A DNA stretch of 64,000 nt from Octopus vulgaris (GCA_951406725.2 OX597829.1:36084001-36148000), one strand, 5' to 3'; counted from the first letter of the stretch, positions 42,484-58,034 are shown. Notes: generated from the sequence alone by a model not told the origin. Made by a program: numbers and translations.

Positions 42484-44949
42484 TTCCCTCGAAAACAGCG
42501 CCCTCCTTTTTCTTCGTAAAAGCGAAAAAAAAAAATAATAATAAATAATGTAAGAGCACCAAAATGTCCAAAGGAACTCCTTCAGCAAGGAACCCCTTCT
42601 ACTTTACAAGAAGGATCCCACAATAACAGCAATTGAAACAAAAAGCCAACAATCTTCAAAAAAAGACAAAATTTCCCGCTCATGCAGCTCACAAAAACAT
42701 GCCCACACTCGTCGACAACAACCACAAAAACAACAATAATAATAATAATCTTTCTCATTTTGGCACAAGGCCGGCAGTTTTGATGCAAGGGGCAATTTGA
42801 CTATATCAATTCCAGTGCCCAAACGAGACTTACGTCTTATTAACTACCAAAGACAAAGAAATGCTGTTAAGCAACTTATTTCCGCCACACTAACGATTTT
42901 ACCAGTTTGCAGTCTTAGAAATAACCACAACTGGATATAAATAAATAATCGAAAAAAATTCTTACAATCGAACGTGTAACTTGGTGTTAAATTTCTCACA
43001 CCTATTCTATAATTCTTTACAGAAGGGCTAGAGTTATTAAACGTCTATCGTTGGAGAGTTTAAATTATTACCTTTGCTGGGTAATAATAAATCAGGGAGA
43101 TTAAAAAGGATTGGTTGGGTAAAAGACATTTCCACTGGATATATCTGACTGAATAAATTACTATTAACTAATGGAAAATGAAACAATACATAATAAATAA
43201 TCTGTTATTTATCTATCATCTAAATATATTTTATTGAAATTTGAAAGAAGACATAGATTCAACATAGATGAAATACGTTTTGGAAGTTAATTCAATAACC
43301 AATTCCGCACCGTCATTAAAGCTATGTGTGTCTGTGCCTGCGTGCGTGTGTATGTGTATGCACATGTTTATGTATCTCTATGTGTGTCTGTGTGTGTGTG
43401 TGTGTGAGTGCGCCTGTGTGTGACCGTGCACGTGCGTACGTGTGCGTATGTAATAATATATATATATATACCTGCGCATAAAGATATTTATATATGTATG
43501 TTTATCAACATAGATACGTATGTTTATGTTTATCTATCAATATCTATTGTTGTGTATATATATACATATATATATTTATATATGTCTGTAGGTATGTATA
43601 TTCTTATATATAACTGGTTATATTAGAATGCAAAGAGGAGATATTAAGGAGACTATTATTTTAGACTATGTATTTAAATAGATGTATTTAAGGTCTATAT
43701 TGAAATGTGTGTCATATACATAACTAAGACTTCTCATGAGACATTTGGAGGTTGTTCACAAACATTCTGTCAATTTTCAAGTGAGTCCTATTGTCTGTTC
43801 TTCAGTTTTATTTCTATGTAATAAATATAGCTATACAACAAATAAGTTAGTAAAGTAAGCCTGTAAATCAGTGGCGATAGCAAATTGCAGTGAATAAAAA
43901 CGCCTTGGATCGCATTTGTACTTTTGAAAATTTAAATATCATCTGTCTGTTATCTTTGTTTCAGTCATTGGACTGCATCAATGCTTGGGCCCTGGCTTAA
44001 AACGTTTTAGGCGAATGAATCGCCCCAGTAGTTACTTTTCATACCCGATACTTATTCTACAGTTTTATCTTGCTGAAAAATGGGGATACTTGATATACTT
44101 AAAATAGCAATAAAACCTCTCTCACAGTTCATACGTACCATCTTTAAAAGAGAACGACTCATTGGCTACGTTTGAAAAAATGACAGCATGGTTACGACTG
44201 AAACATCGTTGAACGTTACTCTGCTAAATTGAACCTGCGCTGGGCCTAAACACCAACACCAGCACTACCACCAAGAATAAATAACAAACCTGACTAGTGC
44301 TTACAATCAATTCTTCATATAATGGAAAAGAAAACGCTACAATTTTAACAATGTCAGAACATTATCAGATTTTCTGTATCTGAAATATATATTTAATAAT
44401 GTCTATAGTCAGTGAATTGGCAGATCTGGTATTCCGTCGACTCTTTTACATACTCGGTCCATAACCTGCCAAATCAACTTCGCATTTCGTCTCCAAAATC
44501 GATAAAGTGAAAAAGTAGCCACAAGCACAAGGCTTGCAAAGGCTTTTTGCCTATGCAAGCCATATGTTTAATGTCCTTAGAGAAGACGCTTGGGTAGTAG
44601 AGAGTATCATAGTTTTAATATAAGATGGAACAACATAATTCTTTTTAATTATCTAAGTAGTATCGGCAATGATATTCTTAACTCAGCCCATATGTGGAGT
44701 GCAAAGCACTTCGGAAGATGGAACCATGTGTGTGTGTGTGTGCGTGTACGTGCGATTGTCTGCGTTTGTGCGTGTATTTATGTGATAGAGGAGCAATTGC
44801 TGTATCACTTGTGGAGTATTTAACTTGAGAAAATATATTTCAATTATGAATTGGGAAAGTGTATCCACTATGATTATTGAAGTGTGGAATTCTCTGCTTA
44901 TTCAATAACCATCACTTCTGAAGAGTTGAGTTAATAATTAAAAAATATC

Positions 44950-45053
44950 CAGCGTGGTTGTATGGTAAGAATTTTGATTCCCAGCCTGTAGCAATTTGGT
45001 CAAAGGCTAGCCAAAATCTTGTAAGTTGATTTAGTAGACGGAAACTGAAAGAA

Positions 45054-45111
<58 letters not shown>

Positions 45112-45335
45112 TTTTGTATATGTCTGTATGTTCTTTTCCCCACTGCCAGCTGACAACCCGTAACGGTTTGTTTACGCCGTCATAATTTTGTGGTTCGGTA
45201 AAAGAGACTGATAGAATAAGTACTAGGCTTACAAGGATAATTTCTGAGGTTGATTTCTTTGAATAAATGACCTTTTAAGGCGGTGCTCGAGCATGGCCAC
45301 TGTGAAATGATTGAAACAAATAAAAGATTAAGAAA
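44950..45335 (+). mobile_element. SINE family A
   Basis: gtagacggaaactgaaagaagcc-(TA)n-..gatagaataagtactaggcttacaa..gcatggcc. Confidence 0.8.
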
Positions 45336-45618
45336 ATATATATATTTATATATTTAATGAAAATAATAATGCAATACGAAAGTATTGCTTTCCAGTAAAA
45401 GATAACCCGTAAGGGTAAAATTATACATATAAAAGTAAATAAATGGTACAACGAGGCACCGATATTTACTGGAAAATAGCAATCGTAATAAATACGACGC
45501 TATTGTATAGCTTCACTGCGTATATACTAGCAAAGACGCGTGTGTGCAACAAACATGAAAAATATTTGTCTTACCTCTAGGAAGAACATCTGAAAAATGA
45601 AAAACCTAGAATCGGATA

Positions 45619-45689
45619 ATGCAGGACCGGTTTCAGTCTCTTCAAATACGTTTGACAAAGTAGATTTGATTTGTCTTTATCAGCTGCAT
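45619..45689 (-). ncRNA. Antisense twin hammerhead with G8A core change
   Basis: Same fold on the minus strand, but the core reads CTGATAA and stem II has one mismatch. Confidence 0.65.
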
Positions 45690-45926
45690 ATACCTAAGCA
45701 AAATTTCAAATGTTGCCACATCTATGCCAGTATACTCGTCTGAACGCCAAAACGTTAACAGAACGATAATGTTACCCTTACGGGCTATCTTTTACTGGAA
45801 AGCAATACTTTCGTATTGCATTATTTTCATTGAAACTTCTTTACTGTTATCGTTCTGTTAACGTTTTGGCGTTCAGACGAGTGTACTGGCATAGATGTGG
45901 CAACATTTGAAATTTTGTCTAGGTAT

Positions 45927-45997
45927 ATGCAGCTGATGAAGACAAATCAAATCTACTTTGTCAAACGTATTTGAAGAGTCTGAAACCGGTCCTGCAT
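45927..45997 (+). ncRNA. Type I hammerhead ribozyme, canonical core
   Basis: atgcag-CTGATGA-agac..(tcaaat/atttga)..gtct-GAA-ACCGGT-C-ctgcat. Predicted cleavage after C45991. Confidence 0.85.
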
Positions 45998-47404
45998 TAT
46001 CCGATTCTAGGTTTTCCATTTTTCAGATGTTCTTCCTAGAGGTAAGACAAATATTTTTCATGTTTGTTGCACACACGCGTCTTTGCTAGTATATACGCAG
46101 TGAAGCTCTACAATAGCGTCGTATTTATTACGATTGCTATTTTCCAGTACATATCGGTGCCTCGTTGTACCATTTATTTACATTTATATTTATATATTTA
46201 TTTATATATACATGTATGCATCTATGTATGTGTCTGTGTGTATGTACGTATGTATAGCGTTGAATAATCTAAATATGGGGAAGAAATTCAAGACAAAAAA
46301 TAACACTGAGATTTTCGAAATCTGTCCCTGGCTATAATTGTTTTGCCACTCTCACCAGCAGAAATATAACGAATTGGTCAGTGATTGGACTGTTTTAAAC
46401 CTCTGACCAACAATTCTATTATTTCACGAATGCAATAAATATGTGTACCTATGAGAGCATCTGTGTGTGCTTATTTGAAACTATTATTAATGCACCAGTA
46501 TGCTACTAAACAAACAAAGTTCTATAGAGTAATTGTAATAGAAGCTTGCCAGCTGAAATGTATTGTGACATTTAATTACCTTTGTGCTCTAAGTTCAAAT
46601 GCCACTACAGTTGAATTTTGCCATGGGCTGATAATTATCAGTACAACTTAGTATGATTGTTTCCATTGAGAATATTATTATATATTGCAAATAACAAACA
46701 TACGCATATACACAGATCCATTCTATTAAATTCTTTATTAAATCTCTCTCTCTCTTTGTATACATATATGTGTGTGTATGTATATATACATAAGTGTGCG
46801 TGTGTGTGTATATATATATATATATGTGTGTGTGTGTGGAGGGAAATATGTGTGTGAGTGTGTATGTATGTACCTATGTATGTATAATTATATAATCTCT
46901 AGATATTCAGTTTCTCCTTACATCAGTCTGTCACATGTTCGCTGGTTTTACATTAGAAAACTGGATTCAATTCTCATTCGAAATGTCTGCCTAAGAAATT
47001 CCAGGTTTGTAGAATGGGAGAGGAGAGATGTAGTAGCGTTCCTACTCATTTCTAGTTATGTTATGCAGTCGAAGATGTCCTTATCAAGACAGCATTCAAA
47101 TATAGATGTGTTTGTAGATAAATCTTAACAGAAACAGCCCTAGAGAAAGAAATAAAAACGAAAGGAAAAAGAGAGTGGGAAAATCAGTTGAAATGTTGTG
47201 TGTATGTGTGTATGTCTGTGTATGTACGTGTTTTTAGGTGAATGAGTTTGATGCGGTATAGATGTATAAATATACATTCATACACACACACATATGCATA
47301 TACATATCCTACACACGTGTGTATGTGCGCGCGCGTATGCGTATATATGTGCGTGTGTGTGTCTGTGTGTGTGTGTGTATACATAAACACGCACACACTA
47401 CCAC

Positions 47405-47439
<35 letters not shown>

Positions 47440-47619
47440 GTCTAATGTATATGTATATATTTGCACACACACATACAGGGAAGCAGAGACACCGATGGGA
47501 GTTTTTTTCTTATATCTATAGAAATAATACCGAAAAACAATGGACGTTGAATAGAAAAGAAACTTCACAAAAACGCTAGTGTAGTATAAAGAACAACACA
47601 AACAACGACAACAACAACA

Positions 47620-47806
47620 AAGCCTGAAATTTTGAGGGAATTGCTAGACGATTATGTATCTAGTCCAATGAGAAACTAATACTTATTTCATCGGCCCCGG
47701 AAGGGTGAAAAGCAAAGGCGACCTCAGCGGAATTTGAACTCAGAACATAAAAGAAAGACAGAATGCCGGGAGCATTTTGTCCGGCGTGCTAAGTATTCTG
47801 CCAGCA
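47620..47806 (-). mobile_element. SINE family B
   Basis: gggtgaaaagcaaaggcgacctcagcggaatttgaactcagaac..ttctgccagc. Confidence 0.75.
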
Positions 47807-47967
47807 CAATGGAGATAATAACGTGTAATTTATTGAAAAAAAAAGTTGTACAAAATAGAAAACAATAATAAACTATACGCTGACAAATTCATTAGGGTAT
47901 ATCTAATTCTTTGGAGAGATGGAATACCGGACTGAACTTTGGTTTTAACGTTACAGTTGTGTGCGAC

Positions 47968-48264
47968 TCTTCTTCTTCTTCTTCTTCTTCTTCTTCTTCT
48001 TCTTCTTCTTCTTCTTCTTCTTCTTCTTCTTCTTCTTCTTCTTCTTCTTCTTCTTCTTCTTCTTCTTCTTCTTCTTCTTCTTCCTTCCTTTTCCTTCTTC
48101 CTCTTCCTCTTCTTCTTCTTCTTCTTCTTCTTCTTCTTCTTCTTCTTTTCTTCTTCTTCTTCTTCTTCTTCTTCTTCTTCTTCTTCTTCTTCTTCTTCTT
48201 CTTCTTCTTCTTCTTCTTCTTCTTCTTCTTCTTCTTCTTCTTCTTCTTCTTCTTCTTCTTCTTC
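47968..48264. repeat. (TTC)n microsatellite
   Basis: Directly visible. Confidence 0.95.
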
Positions 48265-48269
48265 ATGTA

Positions 48270-48520
48270 GTTTCAGCGCTACAGTGCTTAATAATGTTAT
48301 TTTATCATACACTTGTAAGTCCCTTGGCGTTGGTTGTATATTTTTCGACGTTTTTTTCTTTGTCAGTCCAAAAACACACAACTATATAACATTTGTTGAA
48401 AGATTCTTCCCCTCATCTTCAGATAGTTACTTAGATTATGAGGCACGATTATTTTCTGGCAAAGTTTGAAACAATATCCGGTCAATAAGTCTTGATATCC
48501 ATATCTAGATGAATTGGTAT
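48270..48520 (-). pseudogene. Highly decayed RLE LINE 3' end (R4-like)
   Basis: RYGYQDL..IIVP..KITLLSTV resembles the KYKDL..IP..QKIALLGT motifs of the other copies. Confidence 0.3.
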
Positions 48521-48692
48521 ATTCTTCGAGACATTTCATGGTGTGTGCTAATACCATTAGTTTTGTGATTGTAATTCGTAACGCTGACATAATTTCCGGT
48601 GAACGATCGAAAGCTCCAAATCTTACACGATTATAATGTATTCTCTTCTGTTTAAAAATGCATAGTCAAAGTCAATGTGGTTACACACGTCA

Positions 48693-48911
48693 TCAGCAGC
48701 AACAGAAGCAGCATAAACAGCAGCAGAAGCAGCAATAGTAGCTGCAGTCGTAGCAGCAGCAGCAACAGCAGAAGGCAACAGCAGCAGCAGCAGTAGTTGC
48801 AGTAGCAGCAGCAGCAGTAGTAGTAGTAGTAGTAGCGGAAGCAGCGGCAGCAGCAGCAGCAGTAGTAGTAGCAGTAGCAGCAGCAGCGGCAGCAGCAGCA
48901 GCAGTAGTAGT

Positions 48912-49003
<92 letters not shown>

Positions 49004-49066
49004 CAGCAGCAGCGGCAGCAGCAGCAGCGGTAGCAGCAGCAGCAGGAGTAGTAGTGGTGGTAGTAG
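48693..49066. repeat. Compound (GCA)n/(GTA)n microsatellite
   Basis: Directly visible. Confidence 0.9.
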
Positions 49067-49197
49067 TTTTTAAAGCAGTCATAGGCAAACTACTACCGCG
49101 ATGTTTTCTGAACGGCCAGCATAATTTCACGTGGACAATAACGTTTATTGAAATCTTGTCTCATTTCGTTCACACATATTGACTCTGGTTGTCTATA

Positions 49198-49234
<37 letters not shown>

Positions 49235-49619
49235 GTCTCTCTCTCTCAAAAAAAGGCTGGTGGGGAGCTAGTCTCAAAGAGGAATAATTATTACACACCC
49301 TACTAACCTCCCTTATTAATACCTGTTGTATTGTGGGTATCGCCCTTGTTTTATTTTTATAGTATTCGAATGTAAATTAGCACCTGCGCCTCGCTTGGTG
49401 ATGAGCCATGTCTCATGCGGCTCTGTTCTCAAAAAAGACTGCCCTTGCCTATTTTAAAGTTTAGGGTCAGAGCAAAATTTGTTAGGCATCAGGGCATATA
49501 ACTGATGATAATGAGCGCGTAAATTTCTTTTTATTCGCAAAATTTGAATGACCAACGTTTAAAACAATAAACAAATAAATAGATAAATATATAAATAAAT
49601 ATTCTAAATATATTAAAAC

Positions 49620-49900
49620 TAAAAGCAAAATATTGACCATGAATAGGACTCCTCTTGAAATTAACCGTGAAAGCCTACTCTTGAAATTAACGTGCAAGTG
49701 GCTAGCTCTCCACAGACAGGTCTACACATAACGTAGTGCTCAATGAGATTCACCGTGATACAAAATGTTAATAAGGCCCGACTTTTGAAATACAGTTACA
49801 CCCATTTCTGCTAGCTCATATACACAATGCGCCACCGGGTATCGAACACACGACCTTACGTTCGTGAGCTGAATACCAGTAACCACTTAGCTACACACCT
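49620..49900 (-). mobile_element. Old SINE related to family C
   Basis: gaaattaacgtgcaagtggct..ctccacagaca..gggtatcgaac..aaccact. Confidence 0.6.
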
Positions 49901-50409
49901 TTGCACACACTCATGCATATATACACAGTCACACACCTATATATATACTGTTGGGTCGTTGGGATTAAATTAACTTAATACACCACACCAGAAAAATGTT
50001 TAAGATTAATCTTTGACGACAAAACACGTCAAAGAATAAAGATGCTTCTAGCAACTAAACCAACCCAAAGTTTTAATACATTACAATGTATATAGAATTC
50101 AAGTTGACAGTAAATTTGTATTTGTATGCGTCCGGAGTGTATATAACATATACATATGATGTATTTACACAAAGGTATGCATATATGCATATATATTTAT
50201 GTGAAAGCTATGATAAGTGCAACACGCATGCACACATACACATGCGTATACACACAAATACGTTACAAGTTTATCATATTTACATAAATATATACGCATA
50301 ATACACGCGCGCGCATATATATATATATATATGTATACATATACATACATATGCATATATATATATAAATATATATACATATAGGTATATATGTCTGTAT
50401 GTGTGTATG

Positions 50410-50503
<94 letters not shown>

Positions 50504-51986
50504 ATGTATGTATATATACATATATTGCTCTGTCAGGTTCACACAAACATAAATATACACGTTTTACGTGTGTGTATGCTCATGTAGCGCGCGCATGTAT
50601 GTATGTATGTATGTATGTATCTATGTATGTATGAATAAGTACTTGTTTTCAGTTTTATCTACTAATCAGTCGATGAATCGTTTCAGGAGAGAATAAAACG
50701 CTACAAATGGAAAGAGACCCATTATCACGAACTTTTACCGTCATATCAAATTATATTCTCAAACCTTATGGGAATGTATTTACATGAAATAATTGTATCG
50801 ATTATGTCCCCTGTTCATTATTATAATAAATAACTGAAGACAGTAAGTCTTCAATGTCTGGCCAAACATAGTTCAACGAATTAAAACATAATAATCTACT
50901 GTTGTATCATAATGCCTTATAGTTCCACCTTCAGATCATTTCAGTATATCATATACATTTATATTAACTAAATATATGGTGTAAATGTATATCATCTTAA
51001 TATATCGTGTATATGCATATTATCTTAGTGTATGATATACGTTGATACCGTCCAAGTATTTGATAGCCAAGCCATTCTACTATATCTTCTAATCTCATAT
51101 TATATGGGTACTTCATCTGCAATCAGTTCTCATTATTATATTCTTTAGTATCTCTTGTTAAATGTATTTGCTTGCTGCAGTTATTATTCAGTGAGATTAG
51201 CGTAAGTATGGCAGGCATAATTTTTGCAGCTGCCCTGACACTGCTGATAGTGAAGAATTAAGAACCTCTTAGGTGGCTGTCACGGTGGAGAAAGAAAAAA
51301 AAAGAAAAAACGATGAAAGCTTCTCAAGCATGTAGATTCGGACGAGAATGATTAAATAAAGTATTTAAGGCAGAGTTTGAAGGTTCACACGCATCGGTAA
51401 TGGTGAATAAAGTACCATATTTGAATATCTACTTGTCCACCCCCCATTCGGGCATGAAAACTGAGAGGAAAACAAAGGGTTACAGAAAGTAATGGACATA
51501 ATACAGTAAGTCTAGGGCTAGAGAGGTATGATAAGATATTTCACATGTGCATTTACAAACTTAGGTTCATATGTAGACATATGTGTGTGCATGGCGATTG
51601 CAGGCATAAAAAAGTGTGTATGTATGTACGCATGCATGTATGTATGAATGTATGTTGTATGTATGTTGTAAGTATGTATGTACAATATGTTATGTTATGT
51701 ATATTATATATATATAAAAATGTATATATTCAGCAGTAATATATGTGTATGTATGTATGTATATATCTTTCATCTTTTAATCTTTTACTTGTTTCAGTCA
51801 TTTCCCTGCAAACATGCTAGAGCACCGCCTGTATATACACACACACACACACACACATATATAAATATATATATATATACGCATACATACATATGCAAAC
51901 ATGTATATGCATATGCGTGTGTCTATGCCTATATAGGTATAAATGTATTCATGTAAGAAATCATATACATAACTGTGTGTGTGTGT

Positions 51987-52034
<48 letters not shown>

Positions 52035-52961
52035 ATATATAGGATGAATGGAGATGTAGATGAAGGGAAGAAATACAGAGAAACGAGCGTTAAGGACAGT
52101 TACATGGGTAGTTGTAATGGTGTATGGAGTAATAAATGGATGTACGGATGAGTGGATCGAGATACAGGTGTAAACACGAACCGATTTGTGCCTTGGAAAA
52201 AAAAAAACAAAGAAAGAAAAATGTGATTTCAACTATATTCCTATAACTGTGTAAGCGAAAGGAGAAAATATGAAAATAAAACGTGCAAAATCAAAATCTA
52301 AGAAACAGACAGTACCAACAATAATAAAACTAGCATATATGACATCAACAGCCTGAAGTAAAAATCAACAGCAAATAGAGCACATGAACTATCAATATTT
52401 ATCAAAACAGGCTAAGAACTAAATAAAACAAATAAAATGCATTATATCTATCGAAGAATTTTTAGTAGAGGAAAGAAATATTTCCTAGTTGTTGAGAAGT
52501 TAAGATTAACATAAATGTTCATAAATGTCGTAGATACTCTTGGAAATAGTTCAAGCAGAAACATATTCGCTGTAAATTTATTTACAACTTACGTACTACA
52601 TACACATTACAATTTCTGTTGCTTTGTTATTTCGTTGTTTGGTGTATTGTTACAAACAAACTGCGGAGGCTTTCAATCAAGAAATGGACATTGTATAAGG
52701 ATAGATCGGAGTAGATGAAAGCAGGCTTACCAAGAATATAAAACTGCTCATGCATTTCCGATAGCATACACACCAACGGTTTTGGTTACGGCAAGAAATT
52801 AAAGTTTCTTAGAAGGAGTCTTTGTAAAGGCATGTACATATATATATATATATATATATCTGCATGTATGTATATATATATATATATGTGTGTGTATATA
52901 TATGTATATATATAAATATTTATATATGTATATATATATATGCATATACATATATATACAT

Positions 52962-53028
<67 letters not shown>

Positions 53029-53031
53029 TAC

Positions 53032-53185
<154 letters not shown>

Positions 53186-53329
53186 CAGCCCCGCAGATAG
53201 TTTAGCAATACTTAGAAAAGTTAATGTTTTTTTTTTTACATTTTAAAGTAAATTTAGAATTTTTTAGTAACTTGTTTTTATCAAACTTTAGATCTATTGT
53301 TACGAAAATCCCCTAATTATACCTTTATG

Positions 53330-54130
53330 AGCATTTCTCTTCACAATCATGTCTACTTTGCATTCAAATTCCAAAAGTAAAGATGAGGAAGGGGCGTGAA
53401 ATTCCACCAGAAAAGCAAGTTCATTGAAATTTTGAAAAAATAGGAAGTCTATGATAGAGATAGCAACTGATATGTCTGTACATCCGTCACCTGTTTCAAG
53501 AATCTTGAATTTCTCCTCTGCAAGTGAGATAAAAGCAGTTTCCAACAAATAACAATAATAAAACATCGAGTTGATCAACAATTAAAGATCGCCTGGCAAA
53601 AGATTTAAAGCCCAAAGCATACAAACAAGCAAAAAATCTCGCTTGAGCAAGAAAAATATTCAAAATCGAATTAAATTTGCAAAAGATGTGACCATTGGAC
53701 ACTAACTGGATAGAGCAAAGTAATGTTTACTGAAAGAAAGCTGTTCGTTTTACACCTATATTTATGATTTAGGGCGGCTATTTCAGCCCAGGGAAGATGT
53801 GGCTCACATTTTTTGTGCCTATATTGAAAGCAAAAGGTTATCTAGAAATTTTAAAATGAAAAACAAAAGTGCCAAGATTTATGGTAGCTAAATATTGCTG
53901 AATCATGCAACAAGATGATGCTGCAATTCACTCAGCAACAGTTTTACCGTTACAGGGATGGCTAGGGAACACTTTCGATTTAAATTGTAATGAAAATTTT
54001 TCGGATCTCCGTAAGAAAAGTATGGCTGACTAAAATAATACTAGAATATTGCCAGAAACTTATGGAATCCATGTCAATGACAATAATAAAAACATGTCTG
54101 AAAATGAATGGTTTATATACAAAATATTAA
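53330..54130 (+). pseudogene. Tc1-like (DDE) transposase relic
   Basis: Fragments joined across frameshifts: AYKQAK..RLSKKNIQNRIKFAK..HWT..SKVMFTE..IMQQDDAAIHSA..DLNCNENF..YCQKLMESM..NGLYTKY*. Confidence 0.8.
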
Positions 54131-55686
54131 TGTCCATTTATATACTTATTGCTAATTTATGCATGGCATTCATTCTGATACAATAAAACGTTTTTCATCG
54201 ATTAAAGAAAATTTTCTTACTAAACTTTCTGACAGGATTGGGAGCATATATACATATACATATGGACAACTTGCAAATCATGCACACATTTACGCACATC
54301 CAGATATACTACACGCACATACTGAATAAAGAAAATATCAGAGAAAGTCCAGACTATTTTTACTCATGAATTTAGAAACAGCTTCCCTGATGTGATACGA
54401 AGTAGGACTACAAAATGTCTTGCAAAATGTCTGTCGATCTTTGAAAATAAGGCCTCATAGCGTAACCAGGACCTGATAAATGATATCCGTAATGCTGAAT
54501 TGTCAATCAGTTTACCGACGATAGGGACTAAATTCTTTACACTACCAAGGAAGAGGTTATTCGACTATTTTTCTTATTTAATATAAAATAATCTTCCATT
54601 TAATTTTGCTTAGAACGGAATTTATGCGTTTGAAAATTTTAAGTATTATCTACAACATTTTAAAATGTCATCTTAAACTTAGTTATAAGAGTAATACTTT
54701 AAGCCTACTTCTCTCAATTGTTGTATTAGCTCATGGCATTCAAGTTATTTGTTATTACAAATATCACCATCATCTCTATGTAAATCTTTTCACGATATAG
54801 GAAAATGTCTATGAATAAGATCCAAAATATAAAGTGAAATAATTTTAATGGAAGCATTCAAAAATCTATACATGATATTGCTTTAAATTTTAGATATGGA
54901 AAAATAAATGGAATCTCTTTGAGTATAAAGGAATTTAATGTGAAACTCATATGATGTTGACGAAAAGTCGCACTTTGAAAGAGGTTTAGAAATTAAAAAG
55001 ATAGAAATTTACTATCATGTGAATTTCAAATTTTTAACTCAAAATCCGTTGAAGTCAAATTGACCATTCATTTTTTTTTTTTCGTGGTCAATACAATGAG
55101 GTATTTCTCTATGGCAGCGAAACAGGTAAAATGGTGGTGTATAAGGCAAAAATTCGCGGCATCATTTCAGCAATGTAAATTGAGTTTGCCTACAACAAAA
55201 CTGGTACCAAACCATACACTTTCTTGACTTTCTCTTGTACATACAAATATATATACCACATATACACATGCATGAATAAGTACATACATGTATGCGTACA
55301 AAACATGCTTACATATATTGCACATTACAGTCGTACATATAATACAAAGTGTAAACAGAATGGAAACTTTCTGAACAACGATAAATAAAATGCACACTGC
55401 AGTATATGTTTGTGCTCATTGGACGATATTGTTAGTTGCCTCCTTGAACTTAACACCTTCCATCAGAATTCAAATTTATCCACGCCCGAATGATTGTTAT
55501 CATTAACATGTGTATGTGCATGTGCGTGCATGCGTGTGCGTATGCATGAGTTTGCGTGTATGTGTTTGTCTATATAAGTGTATGAACGTGTGAGCATATG
55601 TAAATGTGTTGCCTATTTGAAACTCCGATTAATCATAGAATAAATCGTTGATTGATTTATAATATTGCATTTATACATACGCATGC

Positions 55687-55726
<40 letters not shown>

Positions 55727-55948
55727 TAAGGGAGAGGTGGATTAATAGCTAAGCAGAGAAGCAGGAACTTGTATACATGTTCATACATACATACACCATA
55801 CACACACTCACGCACACGCGCTCACACACACGCACACATATATATATACGTATATATATATATCTATATTTATTTATACACATATATATATATATATATA
55901 CTTATATATATATATACATATATACACATACGTATATATATGTATATT

Positions 55949-56030
<82 letters not shown>

Positions 56031-56903
56031 TAGATGTAGATGTATACATACATACAAACATATGCACACACACACACATACACATACACACATAAACCCA
56101 CACACATACATACGCACACTATAAATATTCAGAAAGGCAGCACACTACTTTACCCAGCGAACAATCTATCAAGGAACTTGGTAAATAGCTCGTTGGTTTT
56201 CTTTATTTTTTTTTGTCTGTCGTTTTCGTAGTTTTATAATGTTTATTTTTTTCATCAATTTTTTTTTTTCATTGTTCAATTATTTCTTTTCTCTTTTCTG
56301 CCATTTCTTTTCGTTCTTCATATTCATTTCGACATTCCAACAACCATTCCTTTCATTCAGCAACGATGGTATATTATGAAACAAAACAGTAAAGAAAAAA
56401 AGAGTAAAACCCATATTCATAAAAAAAAAGGAGAAAACGAACAACGACAAGAACAATGGAAAAAGAATAAAAGTATGAGAAGTAAAGAAAAGCAAAAGAA
56501 AGGTACTTTAATTACACACCAGTGTTTCTTGCAAGAAAACTAATTAGAATAGTGTAAGGATTTCACCCAAAAGTTTTGTAACACGACGAAGTTAGACGCC
56601 ATATTAATTAAGTGTACACTCATTCGTGTGTCTCCTATGAACAGTCACTATTGAAATTCTTGTGAGTATTAATAAATAAAAAAATATATACATAAAAAGG
56701 TAGAGACATGAATTCGCTTTATCTCATGAACGCACGCCTACTCACACTTACACAGACGTACACATTCGTGCACATACACATGCGCACTCATACACACGTA
56801 TATACTTACGTTTGCATACAAAAACATTCAATACTAACACGTAGACATCTATATACATATGTATATGCATATTCATATTTTGAAGTACGCACACACACAC
56901 TCA

Positions 56904-56969
<66 letters not shown>

Positions 56970-57001
56970 GCAATTAAAATTACATATTTATAAAATACAT
57001 T

Positions 57002-57082
<81 letters not shown>

Positions 57083-57461
57083 CAATTTTATAGAGAGACG
57101 CTTATTTCAAACAGTGCGAATTTTTCATACATATGTGGACTACAGACATTGCTCAGCTACATACAGTTATGCACATCTACGTACATCTAATATATTCATG
57201 TGCTTCCGTGCGAATGCCACGAATCAGTGTGTATATTGGATTATATAAGTGTTCATAGTTTTTCTTCCATTTTGTATTTAGTTTCCAATATTCATGATGT
57301 GAATTCGTGTTGAAACAAAACTTGTGTCTTGTGGGGGTCATTACTCCAACAATGATGAATAGACACGCTGATTTATAGTCGTAAACATGCACACACACAT
57401 ACACATACACACACACACACATATCGTACTCCCGCCCTTTTCCTTTTGACTCTATTCTTTC

Positions 57462-57498
<37 letters not shown>

Positions 57499-57565
57499 TA
57501 ATACATATGTACAAGATTATTTCTCATAAATATACACGCATAAAGTACGCGCGCGCATGTGTATG

Positions 57566-57656
<91 letters not shown>

Positions 57657-57666
57657 GGATAGATAT

Positions 57667-57758
<92 letters not shown>

Positions 57759-57818
57759 ATATTACGGAGATATACTTGCATAGGAAGTGACCTGATCTGA
57801 GATCGTGTGCTGAAGCAA

Positions 57819-58034
57819 AAACAATTGCTGTGTGGAAAGTGTTTATAAGCCTTTTAAAAACACACTAAAACCGTTACAATCAAAATCCCGATGCAGCACG
57901 GAATTTTGTCAGTGAATAAGTTGCGGTCTGAAAGCGACAAAAATATTTTGACAAATTTGATTTATATGTTGAAGTGCATCTAACGATTTTTATGTATCTT
58001 TAAATGCCTTATAAACACCCTCCACGCTGCAATT

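Larger units (their letters stand above)
45356..46181. mobile_element. Young interleaved inverted element (A-B-A'-B') carrying two hammerheads; PLE pLTR-like
   Basis: A 45356-45418 pairs with A' 45772-45831. B 45435-45769 pairs with B' 45847-46181. The arms differ at only a few positions. Confidence 0.9.

Noticed and set aside
49398-49425. GTGATGA-gcc..ggc hairpin
   Set aside because: Lacks C3 and the GAAA strand.
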